Source: Toensbergia leucococca (Eukaryota). From it: a stretch of DNA of 64,000 nt. The first letter of the stretch is position 1. Each line of letters opens with the position of its first letter. The stretch is from the NCBI GenBank assembly GCA_022813965.1, contig JALDZS010000119.1:1-64000 (forward strand), written 5' to 3'. This document shows positions 24,639-36,602 of the stretch, piece by piece. The position numbers and the translations under genes are program-made. The notes below the pieces were generated by a model. That model made no database searches. It was not told the origin of the DNA and saw nothing but the letters and a program-made list of their open reading frames with translations.

Positions 24639-26188
24639 CCGAATGATGGGGGTTCTCAGGCGGAGGGGAGTTGTTGGAAGAGGAAGAGGAAATAGGAAGT
24701 AGGAAGTAGAATCGGTAGCTGGACTCAGTCAGTGAATCGAGGGGAGCGATGCTGCTTGACGTCGTTTGCTAGCACCGACCGGACACTTGCAGGGTTCTCT
24801 CGGCGGGGGACGTCGAGTACCGTAGCAATTGAGGGATGGTGTAGGATCAGATGCACCCGTGTCAATGCCCGTGCTGTCTGACGGTCAGGCTCTAGTCAGA
24901 GAATAGAGGGCGGAGGATCAAAGAGAATCATCAATGTTGGCCATGTTCCAGCGGTCTGACGGCAGCTGTCAGTGATATTGTGGGTGCATGCACCTGCCTG
25001 TGCAATTGGTTCAGGGCACGAATGAGGGGGTGAGGGGGTCCACTAGACGACTAAAAGAAGCATCCAGAGTCCTTCCAGAATCAGGGAAGAACAAAGAACA
25101 ATTCTAGAATCATGCTTGCGTCTTGGATTGGGAGCGTACAAGAGGAAGGGCTTCTCGTCCATTCGTCGATTGACATTTAAATGATACGATACTTTGGCTA
25201 TTACTGTACTACAAGTGAACTCTCATCTTAGCCAGTCATTGATATCCAGAGACACCGCATACATTTAATTGCCATGGCACTTCACCCATGACTCTGATAA
25301 TCCGCCATTCCCTGGATTTTCATAGCTTGTTGTGTCACTCATGTCTGCATCATTATATGTACGCTGCCGCAAGCACTTTCCCTTCGCCTTGATTCACCCG
25401 CCACGTTCACCTGCTCATGTGGGGCATCAAGGCTGCCTGGCAACATCGTAATGGCCATGATTAGTGATTGGATACTTGGGAGACAGGCAACTTTTTGATG
25501 GGATTTGATAGTAGAGATGGAATTAAAATGCCCAGGAACTTCGGAAAGCCCTCAGCATAATCCACGTCCTTTTTCAGGACTCTTCTCGGCCCCTGATCCC
25601 CATGATAGCTTTTACTCGTTGTAATTGAACTAGAGAAAAGCAGCCGGTGGATTTCAACCCAACCTCGTAGCCTAAGATCCGTGAGGCAAGCAAGATCGAT
25701 CGTAGCAGCAGGCAACCCAAATGGAAGGAAAGACCTCGAACATGCTCGTTCCAGAAGACTCTAGGTTATGGAAGCTAATGAATGTCTCAAAGATGGAGAT
25801 ACATCGCAAGTAAAGGTTCTGATATAACAATGACAAAAACAAGAGGTTGCAGAAGCGGGTATCAGCTACGAAAATGCATCTATGGCTGAACAAAGTGGCG
25901 AGATGCTCTTGCTTTTGCGGCCAAGCATATTCTAGATACTGCATGAATATTTTTTTGGTAGATCAAGAGCTGCTCAACTATCGTGACAGAGAATAGCATC
26001 ATTTGAATCGATGAACTCATTGTCAACAATGAAAGTAGACCTCATTCGCCGAGTTTAAGCTCGGCAATTTCTTAAATCCTTCCGAGCCTTTAGTAGATTA
26101 CTCCCCACGCTCCCCTTGTTCATCACCAACTATCATTCTCATTCTGGATGGGCCCAACATCTACTTGCTCATCAGCGGTAATGTGATT

Positions 26189-27031
26189 ATGGTCAAGTTC
26201 TATGAAAGCTCTTTCAGTTACGACTTTCCATTTCCAGCGGTCACACTTGCCTACTTTTTGCGTTATCCGAATCCCCTTGCAACACACGTACTTTCCACCG
26301 ATGTCATCGATCGAGAATTCGATCCAGTCACTCAGAGACTGAGTACTACTCGACTGCATCTCAAACGATCCAAACTACCTCCAGCCGTCCTCAAATTACT
26401 ACCCAAGGGTATTTTGGGCACAGGCAGCGATGCAGGTCAGAGCTACATACTAGAGAAAAGTGTTGTGGACATTCAAAAGGGTAGCATGGAGACGGAAGCA
26501 AGGAACCTGGAATGGACGGGCATATTGAGCGTCATCGAGAAACAAATATACAGGCGACCCCTTCCTGTTGCGAAGCTTTTACCAACAACAAGCGATCTAG
26601 TGGAGGACAGCAAGAACGAGACGACCGATGTCACAACCACGGTGACGTTGAAGTCACGGTTTGGACAAGCACGGATGTGGCGGAAAGGCGAGGTCAATAC
26701 TTCTCCAAGCATAGTGACTCCGACGGATCGAGAAGAAGAGGCTCCCAAGAAGGGTTTCTTCGCGTCATGGTCAACATCCTCACTCCAACGAAGCATCGAG
26801 CTTATAGGCTTGCGAAGGACAAGAGATGCAATGGGCAAGAGTAAGGAGGGTATGAACATAGTGCTAGAACGGTTAAGACGAGGTGGCCTTGTTGGTGTTC
26901 TAGAGGGCATGCGGCGGGATCGTGAGGGAACGTTCCGACAAGAAGGACCTTGGAAACGAGCGTGGCCACAGGACAAAAGCCCGAACAGAGAAGACTATCC
27001 ATCAGTTCACAATGATCCCTTCGAAGATTGA
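26189..27031 (+). CDS. PRELI/MSF1-domain protein (Ups1-like mitochondrial lipid transfer)
   Basis: MVKFYE..YFLRYPNP..HVLSTDVIDR..RLHLK..SYILEKSVVD..ARNL; single exon. Confidence 0.88.
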   Translation: MVKFYESSFSYDFPFPAVTLAYFLRYPNPLATHVLSTDVIDREFDPVTQRLSTTRLHLKRSKLPPAVLKLLPKGILGTGSDAGQSYILEKSVVDIQKGSMETEARNLEWTGILSVIEKQIYRRPLPVAKLLPTTSDLVEDSKNETTDVTTTVTLKSRFGQARMWRKGEVNTSPSIVTPTDREEEAPKKGFFASWSTSSLQRSIELIGLRRTRDAMGKSKEGMNIVLERLRRGGLVGVLEGMRRDREGTFRQEGPWKRAWPQDKSPNREDYPSVHNDPFED

Positions 27032-28093
27032 ATGGAATGCTGGCGTTAGATGGAGAATTTTCAATCCTCGATCCCTCTCAATGTACGATTCGGGAGCGTG
27101 GCGTTGGGGGTGTCGGATCTCTCAGAAACATTCGCTTTCAAGTCTCTTATGTATCGTGTGAACAATTACTGTCAGAGTCTCTGTCTAATGTATGATTATT
27201 GAATGCTTAAGCTAAGGTACCTCGGTGGCACTCGTGGCGAGATGCATGCATGGACACTTAATGCATATTACGCGCCGGATCGCGTGAAGGAGCAAAAAAA
27301 AGGTTGAAATGTCCGAGACATTGGATCGACTATTGATTACTAAAGTGGGGTAATTAACTGACATATCGAAAAGCTAATGCAGTTTGAGCACAATTTGCTA
27401 CTATTATTATCGCGCCGAACAGCGGCAGCGCGATAATCGATGGAATGTCACCCGATGTTGAGGCTTCTTAACGGCACGGATAGATGGACCCCCTGCTATG
27501 AACCCTGACGACCGGCCATCCGACCCCTCTCGGTGCTCTCCTGATCCAGTCATTTGACCAGGCTAGCATTAAAGTCTGTATATCTTTAACGATCTCCACA
27601 TGGATTGAAATGGAGCAAATGATAACTACAAGGACCAGATGCGATCATTAGGCTGCAAAGGGTACACGCTCCACAACGCTTATATGCACATGGGGTAATG
27701 ACTGCAATTTTAGAAGTGCATGCATCTCATGTCGTTCAACCTTCCTGCGTTTCATTAGGGTTTGATGATAGGTACAAGTATAATATGTCCCTGCCACCCC
27801 CCATTCACCATGTCCTACCGCTTTGTCAAAGGTCGCACTTGCTTTGTGACACGGAGAAGAAGGGCAAGAGCCAGAGCTTCTTCCTCTTTCCGCTTCCTCC
27901 TTCCGCATTACCAGACGGTCAAGCTCATCTCACACCCATCTTCATCCCATCCACACGAAACACCTTCACCTCACTCCAGCCGCCCGCTTTTCATCAGCCC
28001 ATACTCCACCCTTCTCTTGCTCTTCTCTAAGCTTGCATTGCTTTTAAACGTTGCATTCGCTCCTCGACAAGTCTTGCATTATCATCTTGCGAA

Positions 28094-29024
28094 ATGGCCT
28101 GTTCTCGTCTGCAGTTCTTCTTGACTTCCTTCGTACTATGTCTTGCATTTGTTGCATCCACCGAAGCTCGTCGATCAAGACGTACCATACCAAGCAGTCC
28201 AGAGTCTGGAGGCTATAACAAAGTCCTCTCTGAATATACTCCCCCGCTCTCCAATGGTAAGACGTTCTTCTTCTTCACACACCCTTGGCCATTTACCCAC
28301 CTCGTCGGTATCTTCAATGCCTCTGGTCTTTGTATAGTCATCTGGATCTTGACATTCGCACCATTCTTTGCATATGGAAGCTTTCAGTGACCACAGAAAC
28401 TAACACCATCACTAGGCTCCTCGTCCCTCCCCTCGCCTACATCAGGAACCAGGCTGAAAGCAATCGCTCTTGGACGTGGTACCCAAGTAAGCTTTGCCTC
28501 CGCAACTAATAGCAATTAAGAAAAAGGCTAACAAAGCCAAGAATTACTCCTGTAACGCAGGTTCCGAAGCTGCACCCGTAGCCATTGGAGCGGTCGCCGT
28601 CTTGTTTGATGCGACGCCCCTAATTTCCATGCTTCCTGAGTCTGAAGGCATGCTAGTCCTCGATCTACTACCTGATTACCTAATCGATTTCAACTTTGGT
28701 GCCCTCGAGAATTCCACATTGGATGTAATTGGACATCACTACTTCAACTCCCTCGGCCAGCCGACTTTCAACCTTGGAACATTAGGCCTGTTAGTGGGGA
28801 AGAAAGTTGGTGATATTGCCGCCCCGCCGAATTCGTGCAAAGGACCGTTGAACCAAGGAGACGGTGCCGTGGATTGGTTGAATCTCGCATCAACAAATGG
28901 CAGCTGGGGGGTATGCGAGGCGTATCGGGTTGAGACCGCAGGGGGTAAGGCACCGGCTACATGTGCAGGTATATCAGGCCTTTTCGAGGTACAATACGCT
29001 GCACAATATTGGTTCCTCGAGTAA
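28094..29024 (+). CDS. Secreted DUF3455-family protein, 3 exons
   Basis: Signal peptide; IALGRGTQ|NYSC, AIGAVAVLFDA, GHHYF, AVDWL, YRVETAGGKAP and YAAQYWF motifs. Confidence 0.88.
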
Positions 29025-30041
29025 GCTTCTGGCCGACGAGGAGCTGTGAGCTCAAGATTGGTTGAGACACGAAACATAGATGGGCTAGAGGGTGGACAGC
29101 ATTCATTATCTTTTCTTTTCAAAAGAGCTGGATGAATTTTCCCGCAAAGGGGAGCTTCGCCAACCCCCTTTTTAACTTCTTTATAAATATTAAATATTTC
29201 AGGGTTTAGGCTTGAGTAAATAGGGGAAGGGGTATCAGGATCGATTAGAATAGTCGACTATATACCTATCTAATACAACTACTGACCAAGGCACTTGTGA
29301 CTTTCCATCACTACCTACTACTGTAGGTAGTTTGACAGACCGTGATGGGGATTCCTTCCTTACCGCCTACCATTTCTTCTCATATTTTTTCATTTTTGGT
29401 TTGATGTTTTGATCTTGACGGCAGGAGAGATGGGCGTTTTCGCGAGTTTTAGCTGGAATGGGTCAATGGTACGGAGTACTGTTGGAATTGAAATATGGTC
29501 AAACGTTTATTTTGTGAGAGGTTCTTTCGGAGTGTGATGGGGGGAGAGGGGGGTCTCTTGAGTTGGACTTTTCTTTGATACTCACTTACTGCGTACACGG
29601 TAGGTAGCAGCAGGCTATCTTGAAGATTCTTGATCTCTGTGTTTTTTGTTGGGTGGGTGGATGGGTGGGGATTGTTTTGTTTTCTTTGATCTTTTTTGGT
29701 CTGCGGGCGTGGGTTTTGGGGGGGCGCGGGTGGAAGGGGTTGTTTTTGTTGAGTGATGGTTTTGTGAAGGGTCTGGGGTGATTTGAATTGGTATTCTAGG
29801 GGCGGGGAAGGGAAGGGGGGAAGAGGGTGTTTTGGTGTTGGGATTAGAGGGCAGGGTTTGGCTTTGTGGCTCAGGAACGGAGGGCAGCTCCTTTTGTGAA
29901 TGACCCTCCCCTTTTCCCCCTCCCCACAAAAGACCAAAGAAAAAAGCCCAATCTAACTTATACCCCGGTATCTCTCTCCCCACCATCCCTCTCCCTCCTC
30001 CCAAACAGACCAAAACCTCCACCCTGACCCCCTCTTCCCGA

Positions 30042-32923
30042 CTAACCCACACGATTCAAAATCTCTCCAAAAGTCCTCGGTACCGTCCTCCTCCACTCCT
30101 CCTCCCTCCGCGTGCGCCAATGCTCATCAACAGCCGGCAAAACCAAACAATCCCGTCCCACATACCTCCAAAACGGCTCCCCCTCCATCCAATCCACCTG
30201 CTGCAAAAACGCCTCCCTCGGCCACCCCGCCCTCCGCCGCTCCAGCACCTCGACGCGCTGAAAGCCCGCCAGGCCACCGCACATGGCCGCGAATCCGGGC
30301 GAGGCCGTTCGGGGCCGCAGCGTGGCTTTATGCAGAGCGTTGAGGGCGGCTTCGTGGGTGTTGCTCCATTCGAAGGGGCGGTGGGCGGCGCGGTAGAGGG
30401 GGTCGGTGTCGTATTGGGTGCGGGCGCGGTGGGTCCAGTGGGTGCGGGATTGGTACATGCCCGAGGAGGTGTTGGTCTGAGCTTCTTCTTGCTGCTGGAG
30501 CATTTGGGCTCGGGATCTGTCCGCGTGGTCTTTTGTTAGGCACCAGAGCTCGAGGGGGGAGGGTCGCTTGAGCGCGTCGTGGTGCAGGCATCGCAGCACC
30601 AGCTGCACCAGCTCTGGCGAGTAGGGGAAGTATTTGTAGGCCCAGCCGTAGGAGAGGTCGAGAGATTTCCAGTCGTCGGGCGGGTATTGGGAGACGACGT
30701 CGCGCAGGAAGCGGAGCATGGTCATGCCGAGGGAGTAGATGTCTGATAAGGGGGAGGCGAAGGGGTAGGGGGTTTGGTGGGGATCGTCGCGGATGCGGGC
30801 GTTGGATTCGGGGGCCGTGTAGCCGGGCGTGCCTGCGGTGCCGAGCATGCGTTTGTAGTGTTTGATGCTTTCGTTGGGGATGGAGTAGGCGAGGCCGAAG
30901 TCGGCGAGTTTGATGGTTGGGTAGGGGTGCGTTGTGATGTTGGTGGTTAGGAGGACTGGAGGAAGTGGGGTTATGATTTAGTTTTCTTTCAAGATTCATC
31001 TGGGGGGGGGAGGGTAAGGGGAAAGACGAACTGTTGGCGTCCTTGATATCTAGATGCACAATCTCTTGCCAGCCGGGGACAGGCTCCGAGCCCGTGGTTC
31101 CGCGAGCCATGTAACAAATCGCAGTCGCAATACTATGGAATACATGCCACAGAAACGCTTCCGGAAGCCACATCCTATACAACAAACCCGAATTTCAGAG
31201 CAAAATCAGCCCATGTTTCTTCACACAAAAAAAAAATCGGAAACAAAGGGGGCAAAAAACTCACAAGCGAGCGGAATACCATTTCCTGAGGGACCGCAAA
31301 TCCCCGTCTCCGCAAAACTCGTACAGAACCCTCATCTTCTTCCCGCCGGGCAGGACGGTCCATTCGTACACTTTTACGAAATTGGGACAGCCGGTTGCGT
31401 TGAGAGTGCGCGTGAGCATGGCCTCGTTGCTGTAGTCTTGGAAGAAGGAAGACAAGACGCAATCCTTTACAGCCAAGTGATCGAAGATCTTTTTTTCAAA
31501 AAAGAGGGATGTTAGTTCATTCAGGGAAAGGCTTTGGAATGGTAGCAGGGACGAAAAGGATGAAGAAGTAGAAGAAGGAAAAAGGGAGACATACGCCATC
31601 CCCCCTCTGCCGCTCCCAAAGCACCACATTGCCAAACCCGCCACTACCCAGACTTTTCACAGGGCGCCACTGCGTCCGTTCCGCGCCGTCCAAATACCCC
31701 ATAGCGTCCTCCTTCAGCACCCGATCCAGATCCTCATATCCCCCTTCCTCCTCTCCATCTTCCTCTAGACGGCTACTCAGCCGAGCGTCTTCACCGGCCA
31801 TTTCGTGTAGGTACCATTCCAGGGCCTGGGTGTGATCCTTGTGCAACGGGTCCTGAAGCAGGTCGAGCATGTAAGTCCTGAATCTGGGCGTGAGTTCGCC
31901 TATAGGGCCGAAGGATTTTTGTTTGGAGAATCGGGGAGGTGCTTGTGGGTTGGAGGGCTTCGGTTTGGCGGGATGGGTTGGGAACGCTTGTTGATGTGGC
32001 TGCTGGGAGCGCCCTTGACGAGGACTAGGGTTTTGTTGAGGCCGGTGCTCTTCGTGTGGTATATGAACAGGGACTTCAGTAGCGGGTTCTCCATCGACGG
32101 GATTCTTGATCTGCGAGCGTCTTCGAGACAGTTGATACCTTAGTCTGAGGGGCTTTGGGGAGGCGGGATGGTAGGGACCTGGGGCCACCTGGGGCCGGGA
32201 TGGTGGGCTGGGGTATTCGTACCTAGGCGTGACTTGCTTGCGCGGTCGAGGCCGGACAGGCTCACGCATGGGCAGTGGCGGAGGAGGCCAAGCGCGAGGC
32301 GGCCAAGAGCCTGACGTTGATGGGACGCTTGGGAGAGGATCAGGCCTACGCTCGGCGGGATGTGGCGGCGGAACCGGTTTTCGGCGCAGCGCTGGCGGGA
32401 TCCCCTGCAGAGCGGGATCCAAGACACCTTCGATCTCGGACCGAATATTCTCAATGCGCTCCTGCTCTTTGTCGCTGCGTTTATCTACGCCTCGTCCGGA
32501 GCGCTTGGGTACGCGGTGCCCATTCGACGGCTCGAAACTCAGTTTTCCGTTTCCCCTGCTCTCGACTCTCAAGCCCGGGGTCCGTTTTCTGCCTCCGCGG
32601 CGCGTGTTGGGAGCGCGAATGAGGCCTCGAGATGGTTTTAGTGGGGCGGATTTGTCTTGGCGGTTGGGGAGGACATTTCCTGCTTCTAATGGGCGAGGAA
32701 TCTGAGTATTGGGGGGTTGGTGATTTGGGCGGTGGGTGCGAACTCGAGGGGGATGGATAGATTCGGGAGTGATTTCGTCAGCGGGAGGTGTGTTGGGCTG
32801 AGGGGTGTGGTCGCAACAAGGGCGACGAGGGCGGCGTAATTCGGCTTCACCGAGATAGAAGGATGAAAGGTCCGCGCGGATAGGGGCGCTGATCTTGCTG
32901 TTGCTACGGTTCGGGCCATGCAT
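30042..32923 (-). CDS. Ser/Thr protein kinase (divergent NIMA/NEK-like, non-RD) with a long Pro/Arg-rich N-terminus, 4 exons
   Basis: LGSGGFGNV, LAVKD, YEFCGDGDL, LPEAFLWHVF, HLDIKDAN, KLADFGLA, GTPGYTAPE and SDIYSLG motifs spread over exons separated by GT-AG introns. Confidence 0.85.
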
Positions 32924-33364
32924 TTTGGGGATAGGGGTCGAGGGCTTGTGGGGTTACTTCAATTAGAAGACGGTCATTTGATTGTTCTGCTTTCTGCGTT
33001 ATCTTCTTTCTCGGGGTAAGCTAGAACGCCGGCAGGAAGGAAGGAAAGGAGTGAGATTAAGGTGTTTTGTTGGGGAGATCTGTGCTCATAATGCAATTAT
33101 GATTTTTGTGGCCGGATGCGGACGAATTTTTGATTTTCGACGAACAAAGGGCGAATAAGCATAGATGCATTCATTCGTCAATCGATACAAATGTAAACAG
33201 ATAAGTGAAATATCCTGACCTGATAAAAATAAGAATAGAGCCAATGTGTTCAAAGAGGCCGAGTAAAAGCAAAGTAAAGCAAAGCAAAAGCTGAACAATA
33301 AATCGCGACGCAAGCAGTCGCACTTATTTTCAGCTAATAAATCTTTGATGCATGAGAAAAAATA

Positions 33365-34599
33365 TCAATCTCCATCTTCCTCGTCAGCAACCCTCTTAAC
33401 CACCGAGCCCCCGCTAACTTTCTTTTTCTTCGTCGGCCGGCTACTTCCACCCTTGGGCCGGTAGGGTTCATCCTCCCTCTTGCGCTTTGATTTCGCAGGC
33501 AGCTCATGGTGCCCGCCTGCAACAACAAAACCATCCTCGTCGATCGTGTCGTGCTCTAGCTTCGGAGCGGTGTTGGATCTTTTAGGGGCTTTGTTAGAGG
33601 TACTTGATGGTTTCGGGGATGGTTTGGGGCCGGTGTGTTTGTATTGGGTGGAGGCGGATGGCTTTGGTTCAACAAGGGCTGGGAGAGACTCATGGTCTTG
33701 GAGAAAAACTTGGGGTTGGTGTTTGCGGAGCCAGTTGTAGACAGAGACGGGGTTGCGGAGCTGGGCTTCTTTTTCTTTTTCGTGCTTGTCTGCGGTATGG
33801 TTTTTGGGGGGATGTGAGGAGGGGAGGAGAGGTCGGGTGGAGCTGTTAAGGAGTGGAGTCCCGAGTGCGGTGTCAAGGGTTGAGAGGTACTCTTCTTCGT
33901 GGTCGGGGGAGAGGTAGCCGGTGGGCATTTCATCGTCGAGATCTGAGGGAAAAGCATCCGGGGTGACTGAATGTAGGGTAGTGTGGGGGATTTCAGTGAG
34001 GTGGGCAAGGCCTCTGGGCTTTTTGATGGCTTCAGAAAGGGTGATTTCCAATTGGCTGTAGGAAGTTGGGGTGATTTGGCCGGTTGCGAGCTCGACTTTT
34101 GCTTCTTCCAGTCGCGCGCGCGCGCTTTGGGTGTCGTAGGCTCGACGGGGGGGAATGTCTGGTTCGAGCTCTGGGACTGCTGATGCGTCTGGTGTGGGCG
34201 AGCGAATGTCGTAGCGGAGATGTATGGGGATTCGAGTAGATTCATTAACATCGAGAAGCAGGTCGAGAAGTTGGCTGCTATGTGTGAGCTCAAACGCCCG
34301 CCCAGAGTACGAAATGGAAGATTGCCTACTCATTCTGCTCTTGTAAACGCCGCGCAAGCTGCAATGCCTTTTGCTCCTCTCCGAACAGAACATTGCTCTC
34401 CCTCATCTTCTCCTTGAAGACCTGTTTCATCTTTATAAATTTCTTCCTGTTGAGAACGTCAATAAACACCGCTCCGGGAGCATGGGCATTAGCTAGGGTC
34501 TCACTTGTAAGACTTGTAAGTTGGCTTGCTGATCATTTCGGACGGGGCCAATGTGAGTGCTGCTTCGGGCCCTGGGATGTTGACGCTTGGAAAAGACAT
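33365..34599 (-). CDS. IEC3: INO80 complex subunit Iec3-like, 3 exons
   Basis: TYKSYK|KKFIKMK..F, RRLQEQN, QLLDLLLDVN, LRNPVSVYNWLRKHQPQVFLQD and YRPKGGSSRP motifs. Confidence 0.82.
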
Positions 34600-34853
34600 T
34601 GTAGAGGGTCGATTCGGAGCCCAATCAAAGAAATAGCATCAACAATGGTCGCGCGATTGCAGAGAGACGAAGATAAGAATGGGAGATATTGTACAATTTG
34701 AGGCTTCGATTCATTGGCTCTGTGAGCGGATGCGAGACTGCACTTGAGGACTTTGTGGCTGCCGTAGAATATTCTAGAGGAGAACTCTTCTACGGAAGTT
34801 ACAAAAAAGACCAGACTGAAACTACGCGAGAGCCATTTCAATTACGAAGACCC

Positions 34854-36107
34854 ATGGATCTCGAGACAATGGCGTCCACTTTACCATCTTCCCCCTCTCG
34901 AAAGCGGAAACGAGAAGTGAAGTCCATTGACGAGATCGAGGTTGATATCGATGCGCCAGAGCCTCCTTCCAAAAAGGCGTTGCGGAAAGCCAAGAAGGTC
35001 AAGAAATCTTCGAGTACCCCAGTGCCCACAATTGCACCTGCTAGAAATATTACCGTCGAGTCTTCGGAAGAAGACACGTCGAAGCAGCCTGCATCGACAC
35101 TTCGCTCTGAATACGGGGTGTGGATAGGCAATCTTCCATGGTCAGCGACAAAAGCAGACTTGAACAGATTCCTCACGGCAAATGGTGTTATAAATGAAGA
35201 CATGATCACACGAATCCATATGCCCGTGCCCACTGAAAGCAAGACAGCTCCTCACCAGAAGCTCAAGCCCCAGAATAAGGGATTTGCCTATGTTGACTTT
35301 TCTACCAAGCCTGCCATGGTGGAGGCGATTGCGTTGAGTGAGGCTTTATTTGTGGGAAGACGGGTGCTTATCAAGGACTCGAAGAGTTTCGAAGGGAGAC
35401 CTGAAAAGCTTGAACACGACGCTGATCCGTCTATCAAATCTGGCAAACCCACTAGCAAGCGGATATTTGTGGGAAATTTGGCGTTCGACACAACTGAAGA
35501 AGAGCTTCAAGAGCACTTTGAGAGGTGTGGAGAGGTTGCGAACATTTTCATAGCTACGTTTGAAGACTCTGGCAAGTGTAAAGGCTACGCATGGGTTGAG
35601 TTCCAGGAACTTGATGCCGGGAAAAATGCTATCAGAGGTTGGGTGGACTATGAACAGAAGCATCACAAGGAAGATGAACAGGAAGAAGAAGGGAATGGTA
35701 GCAGCGAAGACGAAGAGATTAGAGCGAAGCCCCGGGAGAAGTCAAAGCCACGGAAGTGGTGGGTAAACCGGTTGAAAGGCCGGCCACTCAGGATGGAATT
35801 TGCCGAAGACAAGGCAATCAGATACAAGAAACGCTTTGGTAAAGACGGTACAGCGAGAGGAGCCGATAATGGTATAGCTGATGTCGTGGCCCCTGATGCG
35901 AAAACCCTTGGCCTGGATGAGGACTCCACAGCTGTGATTGACACTACTAATTCGAAAGGATCATCTGGAAGCAAGAGATCTACGAAACCTCCTGTTCTGG
36001 CCCAGCATGGTTTTCGAATTTATAAATCCAAGGCACCACTAACAGAGGTATCACGTTTGACTGGGTCTATTGTTGAAAGCAAGGGAAAGAGAACTACATT
36101 TGATTGA
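34854..36107 (+). CDS. NOP13: Nucleolar two-RRM protein, Nop13-like
   Basis: VWIGNL..NKGFAYVDF, VLIKDSKSFEGRP and IFVGNL..TFEDSGKCKGYAWVEF. Start at 34854 or 34869. Confidence 0.82.
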   Translation: MDLETMASTLPSSPSRKRKREVKSIDEIEVDIDAPEPPSKKALRKAKKVKKSSSTPVPTIAPARNITVESSEEDTSKQPASTLRSEYGVWIGNLPWSATKADLNRFLTANGVINEDMITRIHMPVPTESKTAPHQKLKPQNKGFAYVDFSTKPAMVEAIALSEALFVGRRVLIKDSKSFEGRPEKLEHDADPSIKSGKPTSKRIFVGNLAFDTTEEELQEHFERCGEVANIFIATFEDSGKCKGYAWVEFQELDAGKNAIRGWVDYEQKHHKEDEQEEEGNGSSEDEEIRAKPREKSKPRKWWVNRLKGRPLRMEFAEDKAIRYKKRFGKDGTARGADNGIADVVAPDAKTLGLDEDSTAVIDTTNSKGSSGSKRSTKPPVLAQHGFRIYKSKAPLTEVSRLTGSIVESKGKRTTFD

Positions 36108-36602
36108 GCAGTACTACCTGAGAATCACTGTTGCTCTTTAGGCGGTTTTGAAATTGTCAGATATCCTCAGTAATAGCTCCATTTTGACGCAGAATGTGCT
36201 TTGGGTCTGAAGATATAATCTTCGCTCTAGATACTTGGCCAAGACTCGGAAAGAAGAGGCTTCACACAGAGCTGAGAGACACATGAGGACATATAGAACT
36301 CAAGGCCCACGATAAGCTTCAGCTCTGCATTCGTAGTCATTGAACACGGTGATCGATGCACACAAATTGTTTGGCTCTGAGACGCGACCGTCGTGACGTC
36401 TTCCGTAGTCGCCAGAATTTGTATCAATTTGCAAAGCTATCCGGACTAGATCCCTTAATCAGCGGCCTCACATCCACATATCCTTCTCTTTTCCTCTTTT
36501 GCTTTTTGTCTCTCTGCCGTATCGTACTAATTATTTCGTTCTTTGAGGCTCATTGGATTCTTTTTCGGGTCAGTCTCGGGGTGCTTTGAGTGCTGGGGCA
36601 TC

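Noticed and set aside
28257..28415. Long first intron of DUF3455 as a nested intron or snoRNA host
   Set aside because: No convincing internal donor reconstruction or C/D or H/ACA boxes.
29140..29200. GC hairpin plus AT run resembling a mitochondrial insertion
   Set aside because: Too short; no mitochondrial gene sequence recognisable.
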